NCBI GenBank assembly: GCA_965216565.1
Contig: OZ244170.1
Span: forward strand, 1,408,001-1,472,000
Length of the DNA stretch: 64,000 nucleotides
Source of the DNA: Bythopirellula sp.
Lineage (GTDB): Bacteria; Planctomycetota; Planctomycetia; Pirellulales; Lacipirellulaceae
Reading direction: 5' to 3'
Numbering within the stretch: the first letter of the stretch is position 1; each line of letters opens with the position of its first letter. The translations under genes and the position numbers were made by a program. The notes under the pieces were generated by a model. That model was given only the letters and a program-made list of their open reading frames with translations, was not told where the DNA came from and searched no databases. This document shows positions 10,301-19,229 of this stretch, piece after piece.

Positions 10301-10828
10301 CTTTCTGCCGCTCGGTTTAAACAGCTCAGAGGCCTCGCCTTCAAGTATCTGCTGCTTCTCCCTGAGGTGGGCGACGCCTCCAGCCGCAAAGAGCAGTTCG
10401 CCGACTCGTCCCTGACCACGAATCACCTCGTCCCCACCGTCTCGCAGGCGCTCGTGATCGATGCCGAAGACTGAAGTAAAGAATTCCTCATTGATCCCCC
10501 CGAGCAAAGCTCGTAGTTGCTCTTCGTCGATGGGCTGTTTGTCATCGCCATCTCGCAAGGTCGACTGACGACCTTTCCTGCGAACACATTCCAAGCGATC
10601 GCCTTGGGAGTCTACCAGCAGACCTCCAACGCGAAGCTGTTGATAACTGTGCAGAAAATTATCGTCCGTCCTCGCGTCCATGCCAAAGAACAATGCGTGG
10701 ACTGCACGCAAGGCCGAGCTCTTGCCCGCCTCATTCGGACCGTACAACACATTCATCCCGGGCTGCAGAGCAAGGGTGCAGTCGGTGAATGGGCCATAGG
10801 CAATTAGTCGAAGCGATTCCAGTTTCAT
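7310..10828 (-). CDS. YhaN-like SMC/SbcC-type ATPase (AAA_27)
   Basis: GPNEAGKS, long coiled coil, MSEGTRDQLYLALR, FIVDD, FFTHH. Confidence 0.9.
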   Translation of the reverse strand: MKLESLRLIAYGPFTDCTLALQPGMNVLYGPNEAGKSSALRAVHALFFGMDARTDDNFLHSYQQLRVGGLLVDSQGDRLECVRRKGRQSTLRDGDDKQPIDEEQLRALLGGINEEFFTSVFGIDHERLRDGGDEVIRGQGRVGELLFAAGGVAHLREKQQILEGEASELFKPSGRKPRINSTLTELRDLSDQIRKLQQSPEEWARHDAEHRRLIELQSKIKQDLEHVESSKSRLDRFHKSLGLAGAWKDKRAELSSLTEVVALPDDAEQRFREANENRTLAEAAKARAEERAQQLQSQLTDTNVPTALVSEEARVDELYRSLGSHEKATKDSGVLAGQQRTARNAAKRTIEKLGWDLSVEEVGKRRLPDEQKTRIRTLASRHAEVTAAKMRLERTLARFRKRLAEIEKQLADLDKAEDLKSLRESIQTAVPVLSLEEGLDAQGEELLRLEREASESLARLPRFDGTIEAVCRLAVPADETVDQFDQSTRELANEIRQISELLEANKSEQEQVEVDLEALELEESVPTEEELAEHRRIRDQGVLLAVSRLEGGEVDQDAVKAFLDDVGEGLGLSEAILPSVHRADEIADRLRREASRVASKSQLIAKFRSLDAKRKGFESKLLEARQEQEKLMVTWQKHWQPTGVEPGSPAEMRGWLRKHAQLIDLSTNLASVSAQVAKDEDRVAKSRQQLLEELADYEIEAPVSTSIQSALQTARERLAEADDARRELESLESELDRVQDEAERAEQELAAAKQDLIDWREQWTEALQLLELDADALPEQAEAVLANLDELFRNLDEAEGFRSRIWGIEQTAKEFAQSAQDLAKVIALDLVGRPVEEVASSLNQRLNTAKQAEQELATLTKRLEAEKHAITEAERQLSNSAAALDALATEAVCKSVSDLPEAIAGSRKKRTLEGELTQLESQLAPFCAGQSFEKFVADALQEDADRLPIQIEDLCDQAQCLRDNLEETIASREREAGILERCVGAAEAAEKAEERQALLARLEDDLRQYVVTRTASHLLWHAIEQYKEKAQGPVLAGASEYFNKLTCGAFDGLRADYDESGQEVLVGARPGGGTLLVDAMSEGTRDQLYLALRLGTLDYWSEKHEPIPFIVDDVLLTSDDARAKAALEVLSQISDRNQVLFFTHHQHLVEVAKSIGVSEQGKQIHIATVAAG

Positions 10829-12075
10829 GGACTGCCCCTAAGGCCGGTGAGCAACTTGGCCTTCGCTTCGTGCAGAACACCTTGCCACCAATCAGCGTCG
10901 CTGCTACTGACTAATCCTTCTAGCTCAGGGGGAAGCTTTCGCTGGAGGTCGTGGAAGTCGAGTCCCAGACTCTCAGCCATTGACGGATTGCTCGACATCT
11001 GCGCGACAATTAACGCGACCTCGGCAGCGGGCATGTCATCTGCTTCGTCATTTGTCGTGCCACCAAGGTTCTCCGCCTCGCTTTTTACCTTCTCCACCCA
11101 GATTCGTCCGCCACCAATATCAAGAGCGCGGGCGCGAATGCTGGCCGCCCATTGCCTAGGTGAGGCAGCAATCTCCGTTGCCATTTGCGTCACCCCCGTG
11201 AGCATAACTCTCGCAGCAACGAGGCGACCTTCGGCCGCTTCAACAACATCCCGAAGGCTGTCATCGACGAGGTTCAATACCTCCGTCTCGTTCTGCACGT
11301 CACTGATGTCGACCTGAACTACCGCCCAACGCATGACATCCAATGGTTGAAAGTCGGTTGTTACTTCCAAATGGTCATCGACGTGGACTACGAGGCAGCC
11401 CTTTGCTCCCACTTCACGAATGTGACGGCCCTGAATGTTACCCGGATAGGCAATCGTTGGCGTGTCCCCAGGAATAATCTCCCGCTGGTGAATGTGGCCC
11501 AACGCCCAGTAGTTGTATCCTGTCCCTCTCAGGCAGGCTTCCGAGCAGGGGGCATAGTGATCGTGGCCCTCTCGCCCATTCATGCTCGTATGCAATACAC
11601 CCAGATTGAAGAGGTGAGGGACTGCCGCTGGGTAGTCTTTTGCTAGATCATCGGTGGTACATTGGCTGGCAAAGCTCTGCCCGTGAATGGCAACTTCGAG
11701 ACCATCCACCAGCTTGGTTTCAGGTGCGGCGGTCGAGAAGAAGTGCACATTATCTGGTAAAGGCAGACGACGGGTTATCTTACTTGCAGCGTCGTGGTTG
11801 CCGAGGACACCAAAGACTGGGATTCCCGCTTCACGTAACCGACGCATTTGACCAACGAAGAAAAGGCCTGTGTCGAAGTCGGGCCAGTCTCCGTCGTAGA
11901 GGTCGCCTGCGATGACAACAAAGTCGACCGCTTCTCGAATTGCTAGCTCGACAAGATTCTCCAGTGCCTTGCGGGTGGCGAGGCGAATCTCATCAACGGG
12001 AGCACCTTCGTAACGATCAAGTCCACGCAGCGGACTATCTAGGTGGATGTCGGCGGCATGTAAGAAAGTAAACAC
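10825..12075 (-). CDS. YhaO-like Mre11/SbcD metallophosphoesterase nuclease
   Basis: HAADIHLD, AGDLYD, GNHD, LGHIH; 4-bp overlap with the ATPase gene. Confidence 0.92.
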   Translation of the reverse strand: MFTFLHAADIHLDSPLRGLDRYEGAPVDEIRLATRKALENLVELAIREAVDFVVIAGDLYDGDWPDFDTGLFFVGQMRRLREAGIPVFGVLGNHDAASKITRRLPLPDNVHFFSTAAPETKLVDGLEVAIHGQSFASQCTTDDLAKDYPAAVPHLFNLGVLHTSMNGREGHDHYAPCSEACLRGTGYNYWALGHIHQREIIPGDTPTIAYPGNIQGRHIREVGAKGCLVVHVDDHLEVTTDFQPLDVMRWAVVQVDISDVQNETEVLNLVDDSLRDVVEAAEGRLVAARVMLTGVTQMATEIAASPRQWAASIRARALDIGGGRIWVEKVKSEAENLGGTTNDEADDMPAAEVALIVAQMSSNPSMAESLGLDFHDLQRKLPPELEGLVSSSDADWWQGVLHEAKAKLLTGLRGSP

Positions 12076-12113
12076 TCGATTATCTGTTCTAGGTAATGGT
12101 TGTGCAGGAAGTG

Positions 12114-15100
12114 CTACGCTATGGGCTCACGGTTAGACGCGATGTCGATTGCTTCTTCCAAGCGTTCGCGAGCCGATTTTGCTAACCTTGCCAAGCCGAC
12201 TTCCCGAGCAAATGCTAGGGCCGGGTCTTCAGTTGTCGCAAGTTCTGGTCGACTGAGGATCAACCCGACCATCTCCTGCAGTGAAATCTCATCCAAGCTC
12301 CGCCGTTCCTCGTCGTCTTTGGCGTATCGAAACGAAACTGTCGCAAGAGGCTTCTCATCCATCCAGAGGAAACGGCCAACGTCTTCTTCCGTCGCAGTCA
12401 ATTCTGGAATCAGTGAAAGCACTCGGTCTTTGATTCGAGCGCCCGTTCTGGCGAACCCGTGGGCTCGGGCAATTCTTTTCGCCACGAGGTCGTCCCTTAC
12501 GGGGCTTTCGGCTTCAACGATGGCCAACGCCATACGGCGTAGGTCCTTTGAATAGTCGTCTTCATAGAAGCGGTCTTGGTGTTCTGATGCGTCTTCGAGT
12601 TGAGCTTGCTGATAGAACTCGCAATGTTTTTCGTTGGCTGTATTCCTAGCAACCAGCTGAGGACTCGAATGCCCGTCACTCTCACTCTTATCAATCGCCA
12701 CCGCAAAATCCGTAGGAGGTTCCAGGTCGTCGAGCCGGGGGTCTTGCTCATGCTGCGGCTCCGTTTCTTGCTCCGATTCTCGGGGAGCTGCAGCATTGGT
12801 GATCTCGTCTGCGTCTGCCCTAGCGGCAGCTTGCTCACGTGACTCTGCGAGCAAGTCGTTGAGCCTCGTATGCACTGCGTCGATGGCGGATTGAGAGTCG
12901 TACCACCAGTCGGGAGACCAAACGCGAACAATGCTCCAGCCCAGGTTCTCCAGCACCAATTGACGCGTCTTGTCGCGGTCGCGGGCTACCGCCGAGCGGT
13001 GGTAAGTCGCCCCGTCGCACTCGACTCCTGCCAGATAGGCGCCAGGTAAGTCGGGGTGAATGATACCCAGGTCGACCCGGAAGCCTGAGACTCCAACCTG
13101 TGGATCGACTTGCCACCCAAGTCCGCCGAGGGCCGCGGCCACTGCCTCCTCGAACGGCGAGTCGTAATCGCCAACCGAACCTTCGGCCCGGCCCGCAATC
13201 GCGACCGGTCCTTTCAATGCGTAATCAAGGAATGCCTTTAAATCATGCACGCCACGAGCTGAAGAGCGCTCGGCTCGCAGTTCATCGGGCAAGAACGAGG
13301 CATACACGAGCAACGCTTGTCGTGCCCGCGTTACAGCCACATTCAGACGACGTTCGCCGCCGTCCCGATTGATCGCTCCGAAATCGACAGGGAACTTCCC
13401 CGCTGCATCCTTTCCAAACGTAATCGAGAAATACATGATGTCCCGCTCGTCACCTTGGACGTTCTCCAAGTTTTTCACAGCGGTTGGCTCGATGCGTTCG
13501 TCGGCAAAAAACCACTCCAGTAGAGGCGACTTCCGCAATGCTTCATCGAGCAGGTCCTGGATCAACGATTGTTGCTGACTGTTGAAAGTTACGACGCCGT
13601 AGGTCAGTCGCTCTTCTTCTGGTTTAACGAAGCAACGCTTCATCCGGGCCACAACATCAGCGACAATAGCTTCGGCTTCCGCACGGTTCGTGCGGCTCTT
13701 GCCACGGTCGTAGATGCCCTCTTCGACGTGTGATAACGAAACACCTCGATCTTCTGACTCGGCAGCCGGGAACGTCACCAGTTCGTTGCCGTAATAATTG
13801 TAGTTGGAGAAAGCGATTAGCGACTCATGCCGACTGCGGTAGTGCCAGTTGAGTTGCAGGGTTGGTAAACCCGAAGCTTGCGCTTCATCGAGGATGCTCT
13901 CCAGGTCTTTTTCAAAATCATCGAGTTCCTCGTTCTCTTCGTCGTTGTCGGCCTTCCCAAAGAAGTTGGTTGGTGGTAGCTGCTTCGGGTCGCCGACAAT
14001 GATCGTCTGCTTGCCACGGGCGATGGCGCCAATAGCGTCCCAAGTGGCGATTTGTGATGCCTCATCAAACACGACGACATCGAATTGCGCCTGGTCGGCT
14101 GGCAAGTACTGTGCGATCGACAGCGGCGACATCATCAGGCACGGGGCAAGTTTGACAAACGACTCCGGCATCCCGGAAACCACCTCTCGAATCGACTTGC
14201 TAGGTCGTTTCAGTCCCATTTGATGACGGAGCAATCCCAGCTCTGATTTGCGCGGAACTGAATCGCTCGGTGGTAAGTCGTGATAGATTGCTTTCATAGC
14301 ACGTGGTGCAGCTGCTTGGCGTGCCAGCTCGTCTAGCTCACGAAAATCGTTAATCGCGTCTTCGTGCTGAAAACGCTGGAAGGAGCGGAGTGTGTCCGAA
14401 GCATCCACAGCAATCGGTAGCCACCAGCGCGCATAGGACAACTCGAAGCACTTAATGGCGTCTTGCGGTGCGGTCTTCGCCGTCCTCAGCGATTCGATAA
14501 GTGGATCCAATCGGTGTGTAGCTGCCTGCTTCCGCGCAGAGACCACCGCAGTCCAATTCTTTAACAGCGTGCGTCCTGACAAGACTCGCTGAGACTGCTC
14601 AGCGGCGTCGCTAGCGACCCTCGTTGAGCCCGCTGCAACGGGGGTTGTCTCGGCAAGCTTGGTATATTCGAGCCAAGCTCCTTGGAAAGACTTGGCGGCC
14701 CGGCAATAGTCAGCGGCAGTCTGGCGTCCTACCTCGTCGATTGCCCCCAGTAGCTTACCGACAACCTCCCCAGAAAAACTAAGTGACGAAGCCGCGGCTC
14801 GCAGTCGGCCTGCCGGCTCAAGCTGCTGATCTAAAGCTGAGGCGTCGTTTTCGACCGTTGCTTTGAGTTCGGGGCCTAGTCCAAGCGACTCCAAATTCTC
14901 TGCAAGATTTACACGCAGTTGTTCAACCTCTCGTCCCGGTGGATAGAGCCCGCGTGCCGTTGACGTTAGCGGCTCCAGTGCGCCGCCCGCTGCTCTACCA
15001 ACGGCTACCGGATCGAGGCCTGTCGAGGATATCGACTCGCGTAGACGCTTGGCACTTTCTAGCCCTGGCTGGATACCAGTAGGTTTGTCCTCCGCTACCG

Positions 15101-18100
15101 CCTCCAAATCTTTCGGCAGCAGCAAGGAAGCCAAGTTGTCATCCAGGGCATCAGCAGCATCGAGGTGATCGCGGAGAAGCGGGAGATCGACTTCCGGGTC
15201 GGGTATGCCACCAGGACCGAGGAAAGAGGCGAGCTTCTTCTTGACGCTCCCTTTCTTGAAAATCGACAACGGCCAAAACGTCCCACACGCCTTGGACCAA
15301 TCCGTTTCGACCTCGTCGAGTTTGATGCGTCTCACAAGAGAAGACTTGAACCCGCGTGCTTCAACCCCTTCCCATGCCTCTTTGCGTTTCTCCAACAACT
15401 CACCGCGGGAAGCAAGGCGACCTTCCAGTTGGTCGAACTGCTCGTGGAACACCAGCGCCGCTGGTGGCAGTTCTGGACGCATCAACTCGTTAGCCAAGCG
15501 GTAGAACGCTGACTTCTCGGCATTCGTCTGACTGTCATCAGACGGCGCACCAAGCGCTTTAGTGAACGCAGTTAGTGCTGCGTTTAACTCGAGGTTTGCT
15601 CGATCGCGGCTTTCCAGCAGCTCGCGCCGGCCAGCGAGCCCCGCCTTCAGGTCGTCAAATTGCTCATGAAGAACCAGCTGCTTATCCGGCAGCGTCGGTC
15701 GGGTCATTTCGTGGGCAAGTCGGTACAGCGAAGACAGCTCGCTGGACGAGATGTCGTCGGAAAGCGGAAGCTTGAGATTCGTCGACAATCGTTCGATGGC
15801 GTCCTGGAGCGCCCCCGACGCTTCCTTCAACCGCCCACAGGTCGCCAACAAGTCCGTCTCCCAGGCCATCGACCATTCTGCCGCTTCAAGCTGACCAAGG
15901 TTGGCTTCGTCCGGCAAAGCTCCATAAGCAAGCGCAAGCTCTTCCACACAATTCTTCAATGCGTTGTAAGCGTCTCGGTCATGTTTCAAAGTTCGAGGCC
16001 AGCCCAACTCGACTGTCGTTGAATCTCGGCCAAGAACACTTAGGCCCATTGCCTTGTAGGCGGTCCAGCCATTGGCATGTTTGGCGTGAATCGCAGCGAC
16101 GTACTGGTTTAGCTCGTCTCGACGCACTCGCAGCCGCTCGCTCACATCGACCCACTCGCTGTTGCCGGGCCTCGCCCGGCGCTTCCAAGACGCTTCAAGC
16201 TGGTCGAGCAGCCGTCGCCGTTCGGCTTTGTTGGAGTGCAACTCGACGCAGCAATCTCCTAATCCATGTTCCTTGAGCCTGCGATGCACAACATCAAGTG
16301 CTGCGGTCTTCTCCGCCACAAACAATACGGTTTTGCCCACCGCCAAGCACTGCGCAATCAAGTTGGCGATCGTTTGGCTCTTGCCGGTTCCCGGGGGACC
16401 AACGATTACCAGATCGTGTCCTTCGGAAGCGGCCATTACCGCCGTTAGTTGAGACGAGTCAGCAGGAAGCGGGTGAACTATTTCCACTGGCTCGTAGCGT
16501 GTGTCCATCTCGTGCGGACGCGGCATCGGGCCAACACTGTCCACAACGAACGCCTTGTCTGGCTCGTTCACAAGGTGCCGCACGACCCGGTTCTGTTCTA
16601 GCTGATCAACTCGCTCGACCAGGTCCTTCCACATCAGGTACTTGGAGAATGAAAAGGGGCCGATGGCGACATCTTCGACTACTTCAAACCCGGGGATATC
16701 CCTGACGGATCGACGCATGCGCTCCAGCACCTTGGGGACGTCCACACCGCTGTCGTCCGTAGGAAGGTCCGACTCCATCGAGGTCAGGTCGCAATCGAAG
16801 TCCTTCTTCAGAAGCTGCAACAGCGTCGCGTTAAAACGGACTTCATCCTCATGATGCGTTAAATAGTATGGCGACGAGGCGCTGCGGCGGGTCAACTTGA
16901 CTGGCACGAGCAGTAGCGGAGCGCGATATGTTCGCTCGTCGGTGGGCAGCTGCTTCCATCGCAGAAAACCGACTGCGAGGTAGAGCGTGTTTGAGCCTCC
17001 CTCGGCCAAGTCGTTCTTCGCCTTGCGGTAGAGATTAGTGAGCCGCAAACCGAGGTCACGAGCGTCGACGGGGCAGGCAACTTCCTTCCGCTCAAGTGCT
17101 TCTCGCGCAAACTCCAGGTCCAGGTCTTTCTGCGTTCGTTGCTGATGCAGCTCATGGTCGCGTTCACCAACACGGTTCTCGTCTCGCAACGATACCAGCC
17201 GCATCCTTATACCGTCAGCCAGCAGATCCTCCAGACGCGACACGTTTGGGCAGACGATAGGAACCGTCTGTTTGGTCGGACGGAAGTTCAGCAGTCGATT
17301 GCGCAGCGAGAGATCGAGCAGCTTTCTTTGCCAACGTTCGATACGACCTGCAGGCGTCTGCGGGCGAGGTTCTTCCTCCGTGACCGCTGGTCGATCGTAT
17401 CCCGGAGCTGCCGGCAACGCAGGAAGTCCCGTTTCAACTGCCGATTCTTCGGCGGTTGGCCGCTTTGCGTGCGATGCGAGCGGTCGTATCTGGGACATTC
17501 GGCCCCGCGAAACATCGACCGCCGCCACAAACTCTTGCTCGCGTGACTCAGCCAACGCTGCTTCAGCCGCTAGCATCGCCTCGGGGAATCCCGCCGCTGG
17601 TCGGTGCGTCACCAGTGTCGTTTCAAAAACGATCAACTCCTTGGCGGCAATCGCCTTACGCAACTCGCTGGGGTCGGGCTCATTGAGTTTCTGAAGTGTC
17701 TTCTCAATCAGCCACACGCCGATAAAGCAATGCCCCTCAGTCATCACCAAGACCGGATTGAGACCTACAGCTTCCAGCCCCGCCGCAAACAGCAAGGTGG
17801 TGTCAAGGCAGGTTGCCAAGCCATCGGTAAGCACGGTTGCCACACGACGAGTCTTTTGGCCGACCCGCTCGAAACTGCTAGGCGGGTTTGCGTAGGTTAG
17901 CGATTTCGCCGCGATGGATGACCAAAGTGCAGCGGCAAGCATGTACGAGCGATTGGGGTCGCCTGACTGGTATCCATCCAAGGCTGTATGGTGGCCATGA
18001 CGTTCCAGAGATTCTGATGCAGCTTTTAACAGTGGCGAAAGCGCTGGATCATTTGGCGTCACAAATGCTGGCAAGAGCTCGCTCATCGAACCCATGCCGC

Positions 18101-18500
18101 CCCACTCATCCCGGGCCAGTATACGCAGCTCATGGCTCGTTTCTGCGAGCATCGTCTCGCTTGTAACTAACCGGAAGCACAACTTGCCACGAACCGCTTC
18201 GTCAAGACGGTCAAGATATTCGGCATTAATATCCAGATCGATATCACGTAACTCAACTGATTGCCCTGCTCCTACTCGATCGACGGCCCATTTTTTAGGG
18301 TGCGCAAATTCAGGGCTAAACGATAATTCAACGGTAACTGAAGAAAGCTCTTCTTCACTAGGGTTTTCAACAGTGACGTTCTTTAGTAGTGGGACTGAGT
18401 TCTGCCAGGCTGCGTAGTTGAAACAATCTTCCGCATCGATATTCAAAGTTACTTGTGCATTCGGGACAATCGGAGGCTCAGAATTAGCAGAATCTTGCAT
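12114..18500 (-). CDS. Hhe-type DUF4011 / SF1 helicase / Vsr-like nuclease / DUF3320 protein
   Basis: WQRKLLDLSLRNRLLN (DUF4011), GPPGTGKSQT, FDEASQ, GDPKQLPP, VQGDERD, RLNVAVTRAR, SPFEEAV...FRVDLG...ECDGATYH. Start is ATG 18500 or GTG 18518. Confidence 0.9.
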   Translation of the reverse strand: MQDSANSEPPIVPNAQVTLNIDAEDCFNYAAWQNSVPLLKNVTVENPSEEELSSVTVELSFSPEFAHPKKWAVDRVGAGQSVELRDIDLDINAEYLDRLDEAVRGKLCFRLVTSETMLAETSHELRILARDEWGGMGSMSELLPAFVTPNDPALSPLLKAASESLERHGHHTALDGYQSGDPNRSYMLAAALWSSIAAKSLTYANPPSSFERVGQKTRRVATVLTDGLATCLDTTLLFAAGLEAVGLNPVLVMTEGHCFIGVWLIEKTLQKLNEPDPSELRKAIAAKELIVFETTLVTHRPAAGFPEAMLAAEAALAESREQEFVAAVDVSRGRMSQIRPLASHAKRPTAEESAVETGLPALPAAPGYDRPAVTEEEPRPQTPAGRIERWQRKLLDLSLRNRLLNFRPTKQTVPIVCPNVSRLEDLLADGIRMRLVSLRDENRVGERDHELHQQRTQKDLDLEFAREALERKEVACPVDARDLGLRLTNLYRKAKNDLAEGGSNTLYLAVGFLRWKQLPTDERTYRAPLLLVPVKLTRRSASSPYYLTHHEDEVRFNATLLQLLKKDFDCDLTSMESDLPTDDSGVDVPKVLERMRRSVRDIPGFEVVEDVAIGPFSFSKYLMWKDLVERVDQLEQNRVVRHLVNEPDKAFVVDSVGPMPRPHEMDTRYEPVEIVHPLPADSSQLTAVMAASEGHDLVIVGPPGTGKSQTIANLIAQCLAVGKTVLFVAEKTAALDVVHRRLKEHGLGDCCVELHSNKAERRRLLDQLEASWKRRARPGNSEWVDVSERLRVRRDELNQYVAAIHAKHANGWTAYKAMGLSVLGRDSTTVELGWPRTLKHDRDAYNALKNCVEELALAYGALPDEANLGQLEAAEWSMAWETDLLATCGRLKEASGALQDAIERLSTNLKLPLSDDISSSELSSLYRLAHEMTRPTLPDKQLVLHEQFDDLKAGLAGRRELLESRDRANLELNAALTAFTKALGAPSDDSQTNAEKSAFYRLANELMRPELPPAALVFHEQFDQLEGRLASRGELLEKRKEAWEGVEARGFKSSLVRRIKLDEVETDWSKACGTFWPLSIFKKGSVKKKLASFLGPGGIPDPEVDLPLLRDHLDAADALDDNLASLLLPKDLEAVAEDKPTGIQPGLESAKRLRESISSTGLDPVAVGRAAGGALEPLTSTARGLYPPGREVEQLRVNLAENLESLGLGPELKATVENDASALDQQLEPAGRLRAAASSLSFSGEVVGKLLGAIDEVGRQTAADYCRAAKSFQGAWLEYTKLAETTPVAAGSTRVASDAAEQSQRVLSGRTLLKNWTAVVSARKQAATHRLDPLIESLRTAKTAPQDAIKCFELSYARWWLPIAVDASDTLRSFQRFQHEDAINDFRELDELARQAAAPRAMKAIYHDLPPSDSVPRKSELGLLRHQMGLKRPSKSIREVVSGMPESFVKLAPCLMMSPLSIAQYLPADQAQFDVVVFDEASQIATWDAIGAIARGKQTIIVGDPKQLPPTNFFGKADNDEENEELDDFEKDLESILDEAQASGLPTLQLNWHYRSRHESLIAFSNYNYYGNELVTFPAAESEDRGVSLSHVEEGIYDRGKSRTNRAEAEAIVADVVARMKRCFVKPEEERLTYGVVTFNSQQQSLIQDLLDEALRKSPLLEWFFADERIEPTAVKNLENVQGDERDIMYFSITFGKDAAGKFPVDFGAINRDGGERRLNVAVTRARQALLVYASFLPDELRAERSSARGVHDLKAFLDYALKGPVAIAGRAEGSVGDYDSPFEEAVAAALGGLGWQVDPQVGVSGFRVDLGIIHPDLPGAYLAGVECDGATYHRSAVARDRDKTRQLVLENLGWSIVRVWSPDWWYDSQSAIDAVHTRLNDLLAESREQAAARADADEITNAAAPRESEQETEPQHEQDPRLDDLEPPTDFAVAIDKSESDGHSSPQLVARNTANEKHCEFYQQAQLEDASEHQDRFYEDDYSKDLRRMALAIVEAESPVRDDLVAKRIARAHGFARTGARIKDRVLSLIPELTATEEDVGRFLWMDEKPLATVSFRYAKDDEERRSLDEISLQEMVGLILSRPELATTEDPALAFAREVGLARLAKSARERLEEAIDIASNREPIA

Positions 18501-19229
18501 AGCGTAACTAACGTGCACTTAATGACAGTGAAGCCCAGTGCGAGCATCGATTGATGAAATCGCCGAACGAGATCAGATGCCCACCTACATCAGGTCTATA
18601 GTTTAGCAATACATCTTGCCTGTGATAATCACGCTAATTTATTATTGTTCGGCCATAAATAGGGCAAGTACACTAATTTTCCGCCCGCAAACCGCTCCTG
18701 ACTGACAAGTGGGTGGCATACCTGGAACGCGAAAAGTCGCCCTCTGGTTTCAGAATTACGATCATGAGAGTAGGTGAGCTCGTCACCCAGACTGGTTTCG
18801 AAGCAGTCATTACCTGCCCGACCGAACTTACCATTGACTCAAGAATATGTGAAATTTTGAATCAGCATGTTTTCAGCGAATCCCACCGTAGTCCATCTCG
18901 ATGATTCTATGCTCGATCAATGACTTAGCCTTCCACAAGTCGTACGGACATTTCCCATCTCGCGAATACGCGCAGAGAGGGACCGCCGGAATCTGCTAAA
19001 GAAAGCTGGCAGCAGGGTAGGGCGCCAAAGTGCGGGCGACAGGTGGGGCGTGGTCGCTTCCTCCCCTCCCTCCGCATGGCCCCAGTCGGCATGGCGAGGG
19101 CCATACGGATGAAGGGAAGGAAGCTGGCAGCAATTTTTGTCTAGGCAGGTTTTGAACCAGATACCCAGAATGAGTAGAATAAAACTGCTACCTTTCGCAA
19201 CCGACGTTCCTCGCTTCAGATACTTACCT

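Noticed and set aside
18713..18904. Possible integrase N-terminal remnant (MAYLEREKSPSGFRITI)
   Set aside because: The resemblance is short and impressionistic, and no catalytic motifs follow.
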